Assembly: GCA_009103225.1 (NCBI GenBank)
Contig: RHPI01002119.1
Location: 186,001 to 250,000 of the forward strand
Reading direction: 5' to 3'
Source: Chlorokybus atmophyticus
Lineage: Eukaryota > Plantae > Mesostigma and Chlorokybus algae
DNA length: 64,000 bases
Shown: positions 12,800 to 27,200 of the stretch, piece by piece
Numbering within the stretch: the stretch's first letter is position 1
How the letters are laid out: each line of letters opens with the position of its first letter
Notes under the pieces: generated by a model
Database searches by the model: none
Told to the model about the DNA's origin: nothing
Seen by the model: only the letters and a program-made list of their open reading frames with translations
Translations under genes and position numbers: made by a program

Positions 12800-13065
12800 G
12801 ATTTGTGTATGCATGCAATTTATTACACGTGTAAATTTGCGATAAATGAATTATTGATTGTGTATGTATTCATGTATGTATACATGTACTTGCACAAGTA
12901 CATGTATACATACATGAATACATACATCATTTGTCTTTACACTTGTGTATATATATTTATCTTTACATTCTAGTCACATGATACTGTATATGTGTAAATA
13001 TATAGGTATGTACTATATACGTATATGTATTTATGACTTCATGGCGCGTTTCTTATTCTTATGCA
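12800..13065. repeat. AT-rich TA/TG low-complexity tract
   Basis: tatgtatatacatgtac-type runs. Confidence 0.8.
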
Positions 13066-16000
13066 CATTAACATGGCCGCAGAAAGGGGCCGCCGAAAAT
13101 CACATACAAAGTGACGCGTCACGCGCGTTATATCAGTCTGATTGTCCTGCCTAACAGATCCAGCAGCTGATTTGCGTTCGTAGCAATTAACCTGGCCGTT
13201 TGTGGCGCCAGTAGATGACTGGGCGACGTCCAGATTAAGCGCGTTTTAGGTCTCCTAATAACAGCGTTAATAAGGGCACCAAAAGGGCAACCGAAAATAA
13301 CAGTCACACGCGTAAAGCGTGACGAATGCACTTCATAACGCGCGGATTCACGAGAGCGTCCGATCTGCGGGCATCACCTCGCAATGCAGGCCGCGCGGCT
13401 CGCGGAGAAACCTTCCGATTTATGGGATTGGCGTTGCAGTTAATATAATTATAAGGGGGGGGAGAAAAGGGGAGTCTATATTATGACCAGACCCAATTAC
13501 CGTATGTCGTTAGACCTTAAAGGTCTCATGGGTTACACCTGAGCTTGCAGCCAGATGATACTTAATGTTAGTAACGAGCTGATTCAGCTCGTAACACATG
13601 CTTGCTCAACTACATCAAATTCTGGCAGTGAGATTAAGCCGTGGATGAGACTTCTCATAGCGGCTGTAAATTCTAACAAAGCCGCAGTGAACAGTGTGAA
13701 TTGCATATTGGATGACTGAGAGTGCGCGATGGACCACGTGAGCTTTGGCTGTCATGTGGACGACACTACTCACTCGCTCGCCGTCAAGTAGCGCCACAGT
13801 AGTTCAGACTGTGGCGGTGGCGGCGGCGATGTTTGCAGCCCAGGGTGGGTCGGTTGGGCGCACACTTGAGCAAGCAACATGGCGCTCACATTGTCAAGGA
13901 GAGAATGGCAATGTAACATCGGGCCCTTTAGCACTAGGCTACATCAGCAAAAGTTGCTGCCGTAGGGGGAGCCACATACTGCATTTATGTCCCATGACCA
14001 TATGTGTTACAAGCAACAACAATAACAACAGCTGCGATTGCAGCAGTTGTAAGTTTGCCACATGTTACTGGCACAATTATGTTAACACCTCATAGGCAAG
14101 ACCAGGTCCAATGGCAGCGCTGCAGACATTGGACCTGACAGGTCCCAACATCCTCTCAACAACATCTTCAGGAGTATTCGTGCAGGTGTTTGTCTCAATG
14201 TTACTGATGTTCTAACATGCAGCACATGCGTGTCCGGCAACATTTGGAGTTACAGCTTTGTTTCTGATGGTAAGCTTTCAACAGGGCTTGCGTATTTACG
14301 GCCGCGGTGGTAAGCCTGTCCTTACGCAAGGCTGCCAGCTGCTCGGGATCTGGGCATCGCCCATCAAGTCGGCACTGCTGACAGCGGCGGCGGCGGCATG
14401 CCCAAGGGCAAGACGACGCAACTGCGCGGAATAGATACGCACAAACGCACATTCAATTGTGCGTCCTTGCAACACTACTGTCACTAAAAGTACACATCTC
14501 GCCATCCAATGGCAAGTATTGATGCGTGAAATTACGATGTCCACTCTCGTATGGAACATGATGCATCCTTTCTTTACGACTTGTTGAACGGCCAAGTTGG
14601 TCGTCTCATCAACAAGCTGTCTCGGTGCGCCGATCAGCATCGCGCTGACCACCGACGGTCGGTGCCCGGTCGCTACACCCAGAGACATAGCTCTCCTAGT
14701 TTTACACTGAACAGTGAAGGCGTCTCATTAGCGACGGCACGGCGTCTGCTTTATTTGGTTGTTAAAACTTGTGGTGCCGTCCTTGTCTCTCCCGCCGCCG
14801 CTGGGTAAGGAGGGCTCGCCCTTGCAAGTCTGGTTTCTGTTTCTGCCTTTGTTGGGCTCCCGCGCTCCACACATCCTACTGCGGGAGTTCTCTCTCTCGC
14901 TTGGTTGCGTTGAACACGCGGCATTGCTCTGTTTGCAAATTTTGCCTACGTTTTTCCCTCTCATGTTCTACAATGCTTTCCTGTAATTCCCTTCCATCTC
15001 TTTCCCTCTCCCTCGCATACACCCTCTCTCTTATTACTCTTCGTCTTTTCCGTCTCTAGACTTGTGTCAACTTGTGCTCAAGTTCTGCAGCTGCAGGTAT
15101 GCCACGCCCGCACTCCCGACGCAGCAGCGACTCCAATGTAGTGGCAAAAGCTTCTCCAACTCTGGATCTGATCTTTTCCTCATCACGCACACTATGGATG
15201 CTGATTAATGCTGCTGTCCATGCAGCAATGAACTTGCCTACGTGCTGGTGCACAGAAAGTGAGAGCGAGAGACAAAGGGTTGGTTGGTGGATCGTAGATG
15301 CCATCTCCGAGCTGGCATCCACAATAACAAGCCAGAGCTGACCATGGCACAAACTAATTGTGTGTACGATCTCCAGAGAAACATGGATAGGGGCGGNNNN
15401 NNNNNNNNNNNNNNNNNNNNNNNNNNNNNNNNNNNNNNNNNNNNNNNNNNNNNNNNNNNNNNNNNNNNNNNNNNNNNNNNNNNNNNNNNNNNNNNNNNNN
15501 NNNNNNNNNNNNNNNNGGGGGGCAGCTGCAAGAGAGGAAATGCGAGTGTGCATGCGCGTGCTGACTCAGTCAGCATTGGTTCCCATGTCAATGTGCAATC
15601 GCACATGGAAGAGACATGCGTGTATACATGCAGGTGCCACCTCGGTGTGAATGGTTGAGCGGTATTGCACGAGCCAATCGATCGATAAAATGGCGCGCAT
15701 CCTCTTTCACCCACTCAAGTGTGGGAAACATGCGCAGAAGTTGATTCATAACACAGACAGTTGATATAAGCAACTTTTAAATCAGTTTTTATTCTGAAAG
15801 GTATTGCATACGAGCTTGTAGACTTACTTGCAAGCGCATCAGCCATTGGTTGAGCTGCTTGAGGTGGTCTTGAATGTCGCTTAAAGACGTGCCGGAGACG
15901 ATCCAGTTCCTCAAGACCTCAACGTACTCGTTTATCAGCATGTACAAAGCTTGATACACGCTTTCACCTGCCTGCTCGCACGTCGTACAGCACAATTCTG

Positions 16001-16253
16001 GTTTGTTTACTGTGCGTGCTTGTGAAGTTGAGAGGACATCCTACTTGCGTTGTACGAATCATCTTGCAAATCTTAAAAGTGTGATCAGCTTTGAAATTCA
16101 AGCCAAATATATTGGGCATGCGGTTGTCTTGCCATTGTCCACGTTCATCCGCCTCCATTACATAAATATTTCGCCACCAGCTGGGGCATGTGTCCATTCC
16201 ATCGAACCCGTTTGCACCGCAGTTTTATTTAGAGTCCACTGGCGCTGCAACGA

Positions 16254-16881
<628 letters not shown>

Positions 16882-17384
16882 TACTTGGGTGGGCGCATCA
16901 GTTGGAGCAGATGTTGAGGTTAGCCACCGAGCGAGGCTTTACTGTCCTATATTGGCGCGAACGGATGGCAAGCCCTGGAGCCTCTTTACTTCTTCCCATG
17001 ACTGCACATAATAAGCCATCAGTTATTGTGCTCCTCTTAACAGCCTTACATGCATACAACCACATGACGCTTACCAATAAAACTAGTGATGCGGTCGGTA
17101 GAAGAACATCATGGTGATCTCCGTAATCATGTGTGCAAAATCTGCCCAGCTTTGACCATTTGGCACATTTCGCTACAATGGATCTACGGTTGTTCTCGTT
17201 GCGCCATTTTTGTAAGTAAGCACAATCATGTCGATGTATTGCTGTCGTACCCCCAGGAGCTGGTAGTTGCGCCAACACGCCCTCATCTGCTGCATTCCAG
17301 TAAAAGTCTCCACCGTTGTGACCGGCCCCTGCGTACATATATGCATAATGTTCCGACAGCATGTAGGGGCTAGAGAGTGCAATG

Positions 17385-17690
17385 CAGCGTGCAATGCGAC
17401 ACCAACACATGCACGCATGCACGCACACGCAGTCACGCACTCACAAAAATGCACACAATTGCACACGCATGTGCACGCACACACACGCACGCAAGCACGT
17501 GCACGCATGCGATCGCACGCACACGCACGCAATCACGCACGCACGCACACACATACATATACCCCCCCCCGCGCAGTCACGCACCCACAAGAACGCATAC
17601 AGCCACACCCGCACGCATGCGCACGCACGCGCAGCCGTACGCGCATACACATACATATAGTCACGCATCCACGCAATTACGCACCCACAA
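17385..17690. repeat. CA/GC-rich degenerate microsatellite
   Basis: gcacgcacacac-type low complexity. Confidence 0.8.
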
Positions 17691-19514
17691 CGGGTAGAGA
17701 GATCTGTGCGGTAGCTCATACGAGTGCCTGGGGATATCATTAACCTTACTCATGGTGGGCTCCCATCCGTTTCCTTGCCCACCCACCGCGATTCACAGCA
17801 AGAAGGGCACTTGATGCACGATATCAAGTGCAGAAAGAACACCTCCCAATGCAAGAAGATAACGCACGCCTAGTAAGCATAGAAAGCGTCAACGCAGTTC
17901 ATAGCCTTGAGCTGCATTAGAGGGTTGGGGTAGTGGCGAACATAATCCGGCCAATACCATGATGGTTGCCCTTTCATCAACTTCAAGGCCTCTTCTTTTG
18001 CCCACCCGTGCAAGTGCTGCTCCTTGCGTTGTTGCGATTTTCGCTGCTGCGCCATCTGCACAGCCACATTATGGTTTGTTGTATCAGCTCACAGGACCAG
18101 AAACTCTGCAGTGTTCGACTGCGACACTCAGCCAAAGCAACGAGAAAGATTACTGCGTACAGCAGCAAGCGCGCATGGAGGAGTTGACAATACTAGGAGG
18201 GCGCTGGTCGTCTGCAAGGGTGTAATGCTAGATATACATATAGCAAGCATGTGTGCGCAGCAAGGGCAAACGAACTCTAGCGTTGACAAGGTGCTTGACA
18301 TTGCTGGGACGGTTCCATGCTGGAGTTGGCAATGTCATGCATAACCACCGGCAAGTACCTGGAGATATGACCCACCGCGGCGGTGTCAGCCGCTGACGGG
18401 CGTCCTCCTCCTCCTCAGCAAGCACCACGGCGCTCAGGAGGTCAACGGCAACCAGGGCCAGGGCGAAACCCAAGAGTTTGAAGGAACGGTTGGAGAGCCG
18501 GTTGAAACTGACCAACTTTCAGCGACGGCCTTCATTAAAAGTTTTACAAAACGAGCACCTCCGATCGAGGCCGCGGACAGCGCAGGCGGTTGTCGACGCT
18601 CCGCCTCGGCGGCGGTCGGCGGTAAAACGTCTCAGGGGCGACGTTTCCTGACTAGCCGGTTGAAAATGTTCACGTTTTGTGACCCGCACTAAGACGTCAA
18701 CGTCTTCAGAGAACGTTTGGGGGCCCTATGCCACACTTATGACCCCAGAGGAGCAGGCCAATGGGCCTTCCCCTTGCCAAAGGTAATGCCGGCCCGGTCT
18801 GCGCCGGAAATGGTGGAATGGCCGTCGGCTGCGGTGGTCCGCTATAAGACGAGTTAGAATTTGTTGCCTTACTGCGGTTGTCGACGTTGATGTGGTTGTA
18901 AGAGTATAATAGTTCCGACAGCGATGTAGCGCTGTGGATTATTGTCGGTTGAACGCGTTGGTCTGTGATCATGCTGTCACCGGTTGTTATACCGTGACAG
19001 ATTCAAATTGTACGATGCCTATTGTATTTCAGAACGGTTGCTGTTAAATTACTACCATTAAAACGTCGGTCACGGTACTACTAGCGCCGACAGCACTGAA
19101 CTCACACTGATCAGAGCTGCGGTCAGCTGCGTTTACATAAGGTTCACCACATTTCACGGCCTACCGTCGTACCTCGCCATAGTTCATCGCAACCGTCCAT
19201 TTGCTTCAGTTGTAGACTACCGGCATAAGCATCTTCTCATTAGCGTCTTGACTGATATTGACCAATACCATATGCATGCACAGTGATGGCAGTCCAACTT
19301 TTGGGGGCTTTTGGCAAAAGGTGCATGCCTCCGGGTGCAACTGGCGATTGCTACCGAAACCTTGGCGAAAGGTAAGATTCTCTGATAATCCGCAATTTGC
19401 AAAAAAGATTAAAGATTGACGGTATGTATAACATTATCATATTGTACTCTTGAAGACATCAACGGTGGAGTTACATACATTTTATAAGGGCTTACAGAAG
19501 AGGAGTATTTTTGA

Positions 19515-19990
19515 TTGCATATATATGTATATACATATACATATACAAGCATTCATGTCTTATGTATATATACATACATAAGCATCCATGCCATACTTGT
19601 ATATATTTATACATTTGTGTATATATAATTTTGTATTAATACATATATACATCATGTATACATATGTATGATATATGTGTATGTGTTTATATATACATCT
19701 TACATACATTACTGTTACTGTATCATCTAAAATGTCTTAAATTTCTTTATGCCAACCATTATCTACAACACTTGCATATATATATATACTCTTATACATC
19801 GGTGTTTATACCATTATAGTATAGTAGTATATATATCTATTAAAATATATATATGTACATATATATATATTTATATATATACATATGGTTTGTTAATGAA
19901 TACATTTAGCCTGTTTCACACTTGCTCCTACCATTTTCTATTTATAACACCACCTCAACACTATTATATTATATTGGGTTATAATTGCAT
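19515..19990. repeat. AT-rich (TA)n-like low-complexity tract
   Basis: tatatgtatatacat runs. Confidence 0.85.
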
Positions 19991-20419
19991 GGAATGTATC
20001 ACAGTGTGATCCCCCGCAATAGCTTTCTGTTTTCGAGTGTTTACTACAGTTTTGTTGAAGCGAGGTGCAAAAAACGTTTTTTTGTTTTGTAAGTAAACTA
20101 AAACTGTATTACAACGAGTAAAAAAACATGCCTTTTGCTTTTTGCGGGAATTGACATGTTTTGCCAGTGACCCGAATGGAATCTTTATTAAAACTTAGCG
20201 AAATCATTGACGGAACCCCGCGGGACACCGCTCACCGCTACCAATGAGTCCGTGCTAAGTGGCACTGAGCGTGCAATCGAATCTACACGTGGCGTGGAGG
20301 ACCCAAACTTATCAGGATGCTTGATAATATCACGTTGATACACCAATAGTATCTTTATATATCAAGTCATGGCTGCTGATATCGGAGCTTACTTATGTAA
20401 GTTTTGAGTCGAAATCTTG

Positions 20420-21170
20420 TCCATTTGCATAGTCGCGAAACGCATGAATCGTGGCGACATGCCTATCCATTCCCCCGTGAACATGCCTATCCATGCGCCT
20501 GTAAAGCTGGCGTCTGCTGCCACTCTTGATCAGGGCGACAGCTACGGAGCCCGGTATATAGTTAGTTGTGGCACAATCCTTGTCTCTGCCGCCGCCGCTG
20601 GATAGGGAGGCCTTACCTCCGCAAGTTTTGTTCCGGCGCTGCGCACTGTCATATGCATTCCCTACTGCATGAGTCTCTCATATGTTGTTGCGCTGCACAC
20701 GCTGCATTCTCACTCACGTACATTCTGTCTACTTTCACTGTCGTCCTATGTCTTTCGACACTTGCCTGCAATGTTTTTCATTTTTCATTTTTTTGCCTCC
20801 GTTTGTTCGCCAGCTCGCTGCTTTGTCTCGTGATTATTGGTCAGTACCTGCTTGTTGGCTCCATTGGCTGCTTCGTCGGCAAGTTCTGCTATGCAACAAA
20901 CAAACCAGCACTGAAACTCTTTGCCTCCCTTTATGCATGCTTTTATCTCACGTACTGCTTCCTTTACATTGCCTGCTTGGTTGCTCCATCACATCATCCT
21001 CATTTTTGCTGTTTCCTCTCCATTTAGTTGGCTTCATTCGCCCTGCTTCTGTTGTGTCCTTGCTGTTTTGTTATCATGATTTAGCTATCTCTTTTGGGCC
21101 GTTTAGCTGCCTTTGCTTGCTTCCAATTGCCCTGCTGCATTGTCCTGCTCACACGTCTTGTTATCAATTT
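20420..21170 (-). mobile_element. Second decayed fragment related to the 14.7-15.0 kb relic
   Basis: ttgtggcacaatccttgtctctgccgccgccgctggatagggagg (~20566-20610) matches ttgtggtgccgtccttgtctctcccgccgccgctgggtaaggagg (~14768-14812). Both are followed by pyrimidine-rich plus-strand sequence. Confidence 0.45.
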
Positions 21171-21623
21171 TAGGACGTGGCGGAGCAGGATTTTACCCAA
21201 AATGGTGCTCAACCCTCACGGTATGCGAGTAAACTCCTGAAAAGTATGGGCTTGTTGTATTATATCCATTGGCATGACACTTTGTCCAATGTAGGGTTTA
21301 AAGGATGGTGGTAAACAAGAACAGGTGAGTGGTTTGGCCGCCGGCGACTGCCGATGAGCCGGATTCGTCATTGTCTCCACCGGCTGTGCCTAATGCGCTG
21401 TCGCGTCACGTCTCCTCGACTGCCATGTCACCTCGATGCACACTCGAACACATGTCCACCAAACTGCTACTCATACACAACACTGCAACTTCATGCAATG
21501 TCTCCTCCTTCTACTCACGCACTAGCATGTCTAGCTACATGTATAGTGAACAGGCTACACCCACCCCCCTTGGCGAGGCTGAGGTCCCCGAAGTACCCGC
21601 CACATGTAGTCCTCCATACTGTC

Positions 21624-23531
21624 TCAGTCCAACTCCCCGTCGTTGTGCACGTAGCTCCCCGCTGCCTCCTTCCGCATCAGTCGCATCGCGTCCCCCCTCG
21701 GTCCTCGTGCTCTGTAGTGTAGTCGTAAAGGTATGAACGCCTTCACGCCACTGCCACTCCTCCATCGTGGACGAAAACATGCTGTTTCCGACCAGTTATC
21801 GATGCACATCCCCACCGGATACATGCAGTCTTGCCCCACCAACAAATCAAATGATGTCGAGTTCGTCACAAGGCATTGCGTCCAGAATATGCAGCTCTCC
21901 CCGTTGTCGTTGCCACATAGCTTGATAGGTAGCTGCTCCTTCGTACGCCCTCGCACGGACTCCGTTGCCCCCAACGCTGTCTCTATGTTGAACGGGCATG
22001 GCTCGAGGTCGTTGTCGCTCAGCTGCAACGCCTCCGTCGCCGTCCTCCCCAACATGACTGGCTGCGCACCCGTGTCCAGCAACACCGAGCGCGGTACATA
22101 CCCTCCGATGCTGATGTGTCCTTCCTTGTTGTCCACCATCGCCACTCGCGGCCACACGCGTGCACGCATCGCCGGCCTCGTGAGAACCAAGGTGTCGTCG
22201 CTGCGCGCAGCTGTACGCACCACCTCCATCTTCTCCTCTACCTCGCGTTGCTGCTCCGGTGCCGTGATGGTCTTCACATGACACACCTGCACTTTCTCCT
22301 TAAGCTCCAACACCTCCGGGCTGGTCCTGACCAGCTCCTCGCGCGCGTTGCAGTCACCCCCCTTGTCGGGCACGTGCTCGCCAACCGCGTCAGCTGCACG
22401 CCGTGTATGCCACATTGCGTACGCTTCGTACTCGAATGGCATGCCCTGCATCCGCGTTTGCAGCTGCTCCAAGGCCGCCTTCAACTCCTTCACTTCGTTG
22501 CGCAACGTCGCGGTCTCCGCCAAAGCCTCGTTGCTGGTCGTGACTGCCTCCGTCGTCGGCGTCGTGTCCGCGGCACTCCCTCGCGCCATCATCACCTGCT
22601 GCGTCGGCATCCGCCCCGCTCGTGCTCGTCCCGCACTTGGTCTCAGCTCCGGGTGCTTGCTCCAACACTCATCCATCATGTGGCCTGCCTTCCCACAATG
22701 CCCACACCGATCAGCTTGGGTCTCCCTTGAGCTACTGCCCCTCCTCGGACAATCGCGTTGAATGTGGTCGGCTGCACCGCACGCGTAGCAGCTCCGCCCC
22801 GTCGGTGTTGTCATTGCCTTCGCCACCCTCACCGTTGTCGTCGTCATTTGCTTAGCCTCCTTGGTGCTGGTCTCCCCTCTGTTCAGAGCTAGGATAGTCC
22901 TCTTGTACTCCACCGCGTGCTGCACCGCTTCCGCCATCTCGAACGCATGCTGCAACGAGTACTCCTTTAACAATCCTTGTCCCGCCATAGCAATCTTCAC
23001 CTCCTTTGATAGGTGTTGCTCCAGCTGCTCCACATAGATGATTGCAGCTGCCTTGTCCTTCAAGATCGAGTACTCCGTGTCTTCCAATAGTCGGTACATC
23101 CTCCCGTACATCATCCTTGGTGTCTCACCCTCTCTCCTCCGGAATAGAGTCAGCTCCTTGATCTTTTCAGCTGTCATGGGCTTGAATGCTTCCTTCAACC
23201 TCTTGTACAACTCCTCCATGGCTGATGTTGTCGATGCCGGCGCTCCTCCCGACCTCAACGCGCGTTCCTCCACCGTGCCAGCTGCTGCAAGCTCCCTCTC
23301 GGTAACGATCTGCTCGTAGACGGTGTACGCCTCGTGCTTCAAGTATCGTGGGATCAGTCGGAATGCCTTCTCCTCCGTCCATGATCGGTCCCGTGTCTCC
23401 CATTGCAAACACTCAGCCTTGAACTTCACAATAAACTCCCTCAACGACAATGTCCCTGGCCTCCCACTGAATGACAATGAAGTGCTGGTGCTGCTAGCAT
23501 CATCCTCCACGGGACTGAACACTCTAGCCAT
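21624..23531 (-). CDS. Retrotransposon Gag (two CCHC zinc knuckles) fused to an aspartic protease; no RT/RNase H/integrase
   Basis: Uninterrupted intronless ORF, with ATG probably at 23531 (MARVF). Motifs CYACGAADHIQRDC, CGHCGKAGHMMDEC, VLLDTGAQP and FDLLVGQD. Stop at 21624. Confidence 0.88.
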   Translation of the reverse strand: MARVFSPVEDDASSTSTSLSFSGRPGTLSLREFIVKFKAECLQWETRDRSWTEEKAFRLIPRYLKHEAYTVYEQIVTERELAAAGTVEERALRSGGAPASTTSAMEELYKRLKEAFKPMTAEKIKELTLFRRREGETPRMMYGRMYRLLEDTEYSILKDKAAAIIYVEQLEQHLSKEVKIAMAGQGLLKEYSLQHAFEMAEAVQHAVEYKRTILALNRGETSTKEAKQMTTTTVRVAKAMTTPTGRSCYACGAADHIQRDCPRRGSSSRETQADRCGHCGKAGHMMDECWSKHPELRPSAGRARAGRMPTQQVMMARGSAADTTPTTEAVTTSNEALAETATLRNEVKELKAALEQLQTRMQGMPFEYEAYAMWHTRRAADAVGEHVPDKGGDCNAREELVRTSPEVLELKEKVQVCHVKTITAPEQQREVEEKMEVVRTAARSDDTLVLTRPAMRARVWPRVAMVDNKEGHISIGGYVPRSVLLDTGAQPVMLGRTATEALQLSDNDLEPCPFNIETALGATESVRGRTKEQLPIKLCGNDNGESCIFWTQCLVTNSTSFDLLVGQDCMYPVGMCIDNWSETACFRPRWRSGSGVKAFIPLRLHYRARGPRGDAMRLMRKEAAGSYVHNDGELD

Positions 23532-24269
23532 GCTACCTCTCACTATCAAGTCAATCACACAATGGTCTTACCAACCACCGAAGTCCCTGGATCTGGTCAG
23601 CAAGTGAACAGTCTACACGAGGGTGATGATGATGACCTCCTCCTTGTAGATGTACTTGCTGAGCAGGGTACGATGGTATGTGCCAGTGTCACACGCTCAC
23701 AACAACAATCTCAGCTAAGGCACCAATTGCATACAACACACAAAGATGTATTGCACTAGTGATATGGCACTTGTATGGCAACTTGCTGACCAGATAGCTA
23801 ACATCTGTTCAGTCACACTACTTATACAACGAACATGTCAATGACACATGTCTTAATCTAGCACAACCAACTAGGAATGCACTAGACCATAGTCAAAGCT
23901 ACTTGGACTTGCTCTCCTCCAGCTCCAGCTCTGATCCACGCCTTCAATGATGAGTAGCACGTCTCCATGACCAGCTCTTGACTGCCACATGGATGCCCAC
24001 TCCTTCCACCAGTCCTTCTCCACTCACAACTCCCAAAAATAGCTCCGATTACACCCATCAGATCTGGGTTACGCTGATGTCCGGTTACACTGACTGTAAC
24101 TCACGAAATGCACTTCCCCTCACTCAATAACTTCCTCATCTACCTTCCCATCACAAAACCCAACAGACATTATTGTCTAGATATGCTTCTACAAGCAAAT
24201 CCAACTACCTTATGCCTACAACCAGCCCAAAGTCTGTTATTGCCCTGCGTGTGTGTAGTCGTATCCCGA

Positions 24270-27200
24270 GACACTCTAGCTCAAGTCCTTCACCGGCATG
24301 ACAGCGCGCCGAGGCGGCCAAGGCCCCAGGGCGCGCCCGGATGCGTCATTTTTTGGATCTGGCGACCCGCCGGCACCCTCTCTCGATCGAGGTGGTGGCC
24401 GCTGCGACTTGTGCAGCCGCGTGTGCGCCACTGCAACCGGATTGGCCGCCGACATCCGAGCTTGCCAAGCCCGCCGAGGTTCTGCTGCGCGCGCGCAGGC
24501 GGCCGTTCCTGCTGCCTCAGCACGCCACATGCCCACTGTTCCGCCCCCGGCTACGGCCTGGCAGTGGCTACGTGGCCGCGACTTAGCCGCGGACCTCCTA
24601 CCTGCCGGCGCCCGAAACTTGTTGCATGTGCCTTACGGCGCGCGCATCGACATGTCACGCTGTGCGGCGCTGGCTTTGGCGCGCATCCTGGCGTCTCCAG
24701 CCGAATTGGACGGCTGCAACTTGTTGCTGCTTTTGCCACGCCTTCTACTGACGGCATGCCATGATCAAGACCAGCGACGCGTCAAGGCTACCGTCCGTGA
24801 CCGTTGCCGGCGGTTTGAATCAGACGACTGGGAAGGATTGTGGGCCGATCGTATTGCGGCTGCGGCTGCAGCAGCAACACGCCGCATGTCGACTGAAGCG
24901 GCGGCCAATCGTCGCCCATCTGACTGGAATGTTTACCGTGCCATCGCACTCGCCCACGCAGGCCAGCAGAGCTGTCGCGGCACTGACTCCGTCCTCGCCA
25001 GCACCGGCCGACGACGCAACAGTGGCTGCTTTGTGCCGTCTCCATCCGGTCCCAGCTGCTCCTGTGCCTGCTTGGGTGCCTGAGTTTGTGCCGGCCGAAG
25101 TGGTCGAATTGTCCGCCAATAATCAGAGGGACAGCCTGCTCACAGCGCGCCGTCTCGCTGCTCCTGGTCCGTCCGGGTGGACGTACGAACACATGCGTGA
25201 CATCCTGCTGGCGGGCGCCACGCACACGTCGACGTGGCATCAGTTTTATAACGTGTGTCTGCTGCTGGTGATCGGGTTGGTCCCGGCATCGGTGGCGTCC
25301 GCTTTAGCCAGGTCATCTTTATCAGCCCTTTGCAAAGACCCGGCTTCGGCTGCTGCGGGTGTCCGCCCCATCGCAGTGGGAGATGTCCTGCAGCGCCTGG
25401 TGGCACGCTCCTTGCTGGCTCAAGACCGCCCGGCGTTGGCTGATTTCCGAGCCATGGCAGTATGCCGTGACCACAAGATCTGGAGCAGAGCTAGTGGCGC
25501 ACGGCCTACGCGTCTGGTCCGAGACGCATCCGGACAATGTCATCTTGCGGTTGGATATCTCCAATGCTTTCAACACCGTTGATCGCGCAGTAATGTTTGC
25601 GGAGCTCCGAGATGCTCCCTTCGCAGGTTACATTCCGTTTATCAGACTTTGGTACGGCACCCCGTCCAACCTGTGGTATCGGCGTGGCGCGAACGTCATT
25701 GCCATCGCATCATCGACGGGAACCAGACAAGGGTCCATTGGCGGGTTTTCTTTATGCTTTGGTGCACACCCGCGTGGTGGCCCGTGTGCTGCCAAATTAC
25801 CGCTGTGCACGCGCTATCGTGTTCGCTGATAACACTTTCCTAGGTGACCCCCCTGACGAGGTGACAGCAGCATCACGTGCGCTCACAACGGAGATGGCGT
25901 CCGTGGGCCTCCACGTCGCCCTCCATAAATCGGCCGCTTATAGCGCTGACGCAGCCGCCCTGCGCTTGCTCGAGGTGGAGGCCAGCGTCGAGCGTTGCAA
26001 TGATGGCCTCATAGCCCTGGGTGTGCCGCTCGGTACGATATCTTTTACGGAGGCGCATTGCCAGAAGACCTTGCAGACTTTTGTGGACGATCTGCCGGCC
26101 ATTCAGGCCTTGCCGGACACTCAAGTGGCGGTGCTCCTGCTGACTAAGTGCATGGCGGCACGCTCAGGCTACCTCACACGTACGGTCGCCCCATCACCGG
26201 CCTTTCAGTCAGCTTTGGCATCTTTTGACGGCGCGCTCCAAGGTGTGGTCCGAGCCCTGGTGCAGTCGCCCGCCTGGCCGGCGGCGTCGCACCGTGAGCG
26301 CGTGACGGCCCATTTCTTGCTGCCCATCCGATCAGGCGGTCTAGGGTTGCGCTGCAACTACCTGCATGCACCCGCGGCTTACGTCGGCGGATGGGCCGCA
26401 GCGGCATGCCAACTGCGCCGCCGTTTCACCGCCCCTGCATCACCGCCTTTCGTCCACGCCATCGACAACGCCGACGCCGGCGTTTTGCCTTTTGAACTCG
26501 ATTTGAGAGCTGCAACGCAGCTGCTGCCACCATCGGCTTGCCACACAATTTTGCCTTTTTCGGCATTGGCGCACGCGGAAGCGTGGAAGCTGCAGGAGGA
26601 CATCTCCGCCACCGTCGCCGCCGCGTTGGTCGACCGATTCAATGCCACCGCGACTACCGCCGACAGGGCGCGGCGCCAATCAGCTTCGGGTGTCGCTGCT
26701 GGCGCGTGGCTGTCGGCCTTGCCACTTTTCCCGGCACTACGCATTTCCGCCGACATCTTCCGGACCGCGCTCAGGACGCTGCTAGGACTACCGCACCCAC
26801 TGTTGGTCAACGTCGCGCACTGCGTATGCGGGGGGCCGCTCACGGCCGAGGGCGTGCACCTACTCCGCTGCCCCTTGGGGAGGTGCCGCACGGCAACGCA
26901 TGACGCGTTGCGCGATGAGGTATATGGTGTGATGCGTGACGCAGGGTTTTCGGTCAGTAGGGAACAGAGCGGTTTTATGCCGATACTACCGGGTGAGACG
27001 AGGGGGAGGCGGGTGGACTTGGAGGCCTCCGAACCCGGTCGAGATACGCGCATGCTCTTTGATGTCACAATCACCGCATGCGGCGAGCAACCGGGAGGCG
27101 CAGCGAAGGCGGCGGAGCCGGCGAAGCGACGGAAATACAACGATCACCCCGCCGCCGCCACTTTCCATCCCCTCGTCGCCGAGACGCACGGCACCTTGGG

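Noticed and set aside
17267-17743. His/Thr/Ala-rich or Cys/Val-rich ORFs
   Set aside because: These are translations of CA/GT microsatellite DNA; the same applies to intronic ORFs near 46740-46980, 54580-54840 and 63000-63230.
21174-21330. Plus-strand NGAQP segment resembling another aspartic protease
   Set aside because: The similarity is too short and lacks the catalytic Asp; it cannot be distinguished from chance.
23562-24240. Plus-strand pol-like fragment (ASVTRSQ) or an LTR of the gag element
   Set aside because: No RT motifs, no matching second LTR and no convincing PBS.
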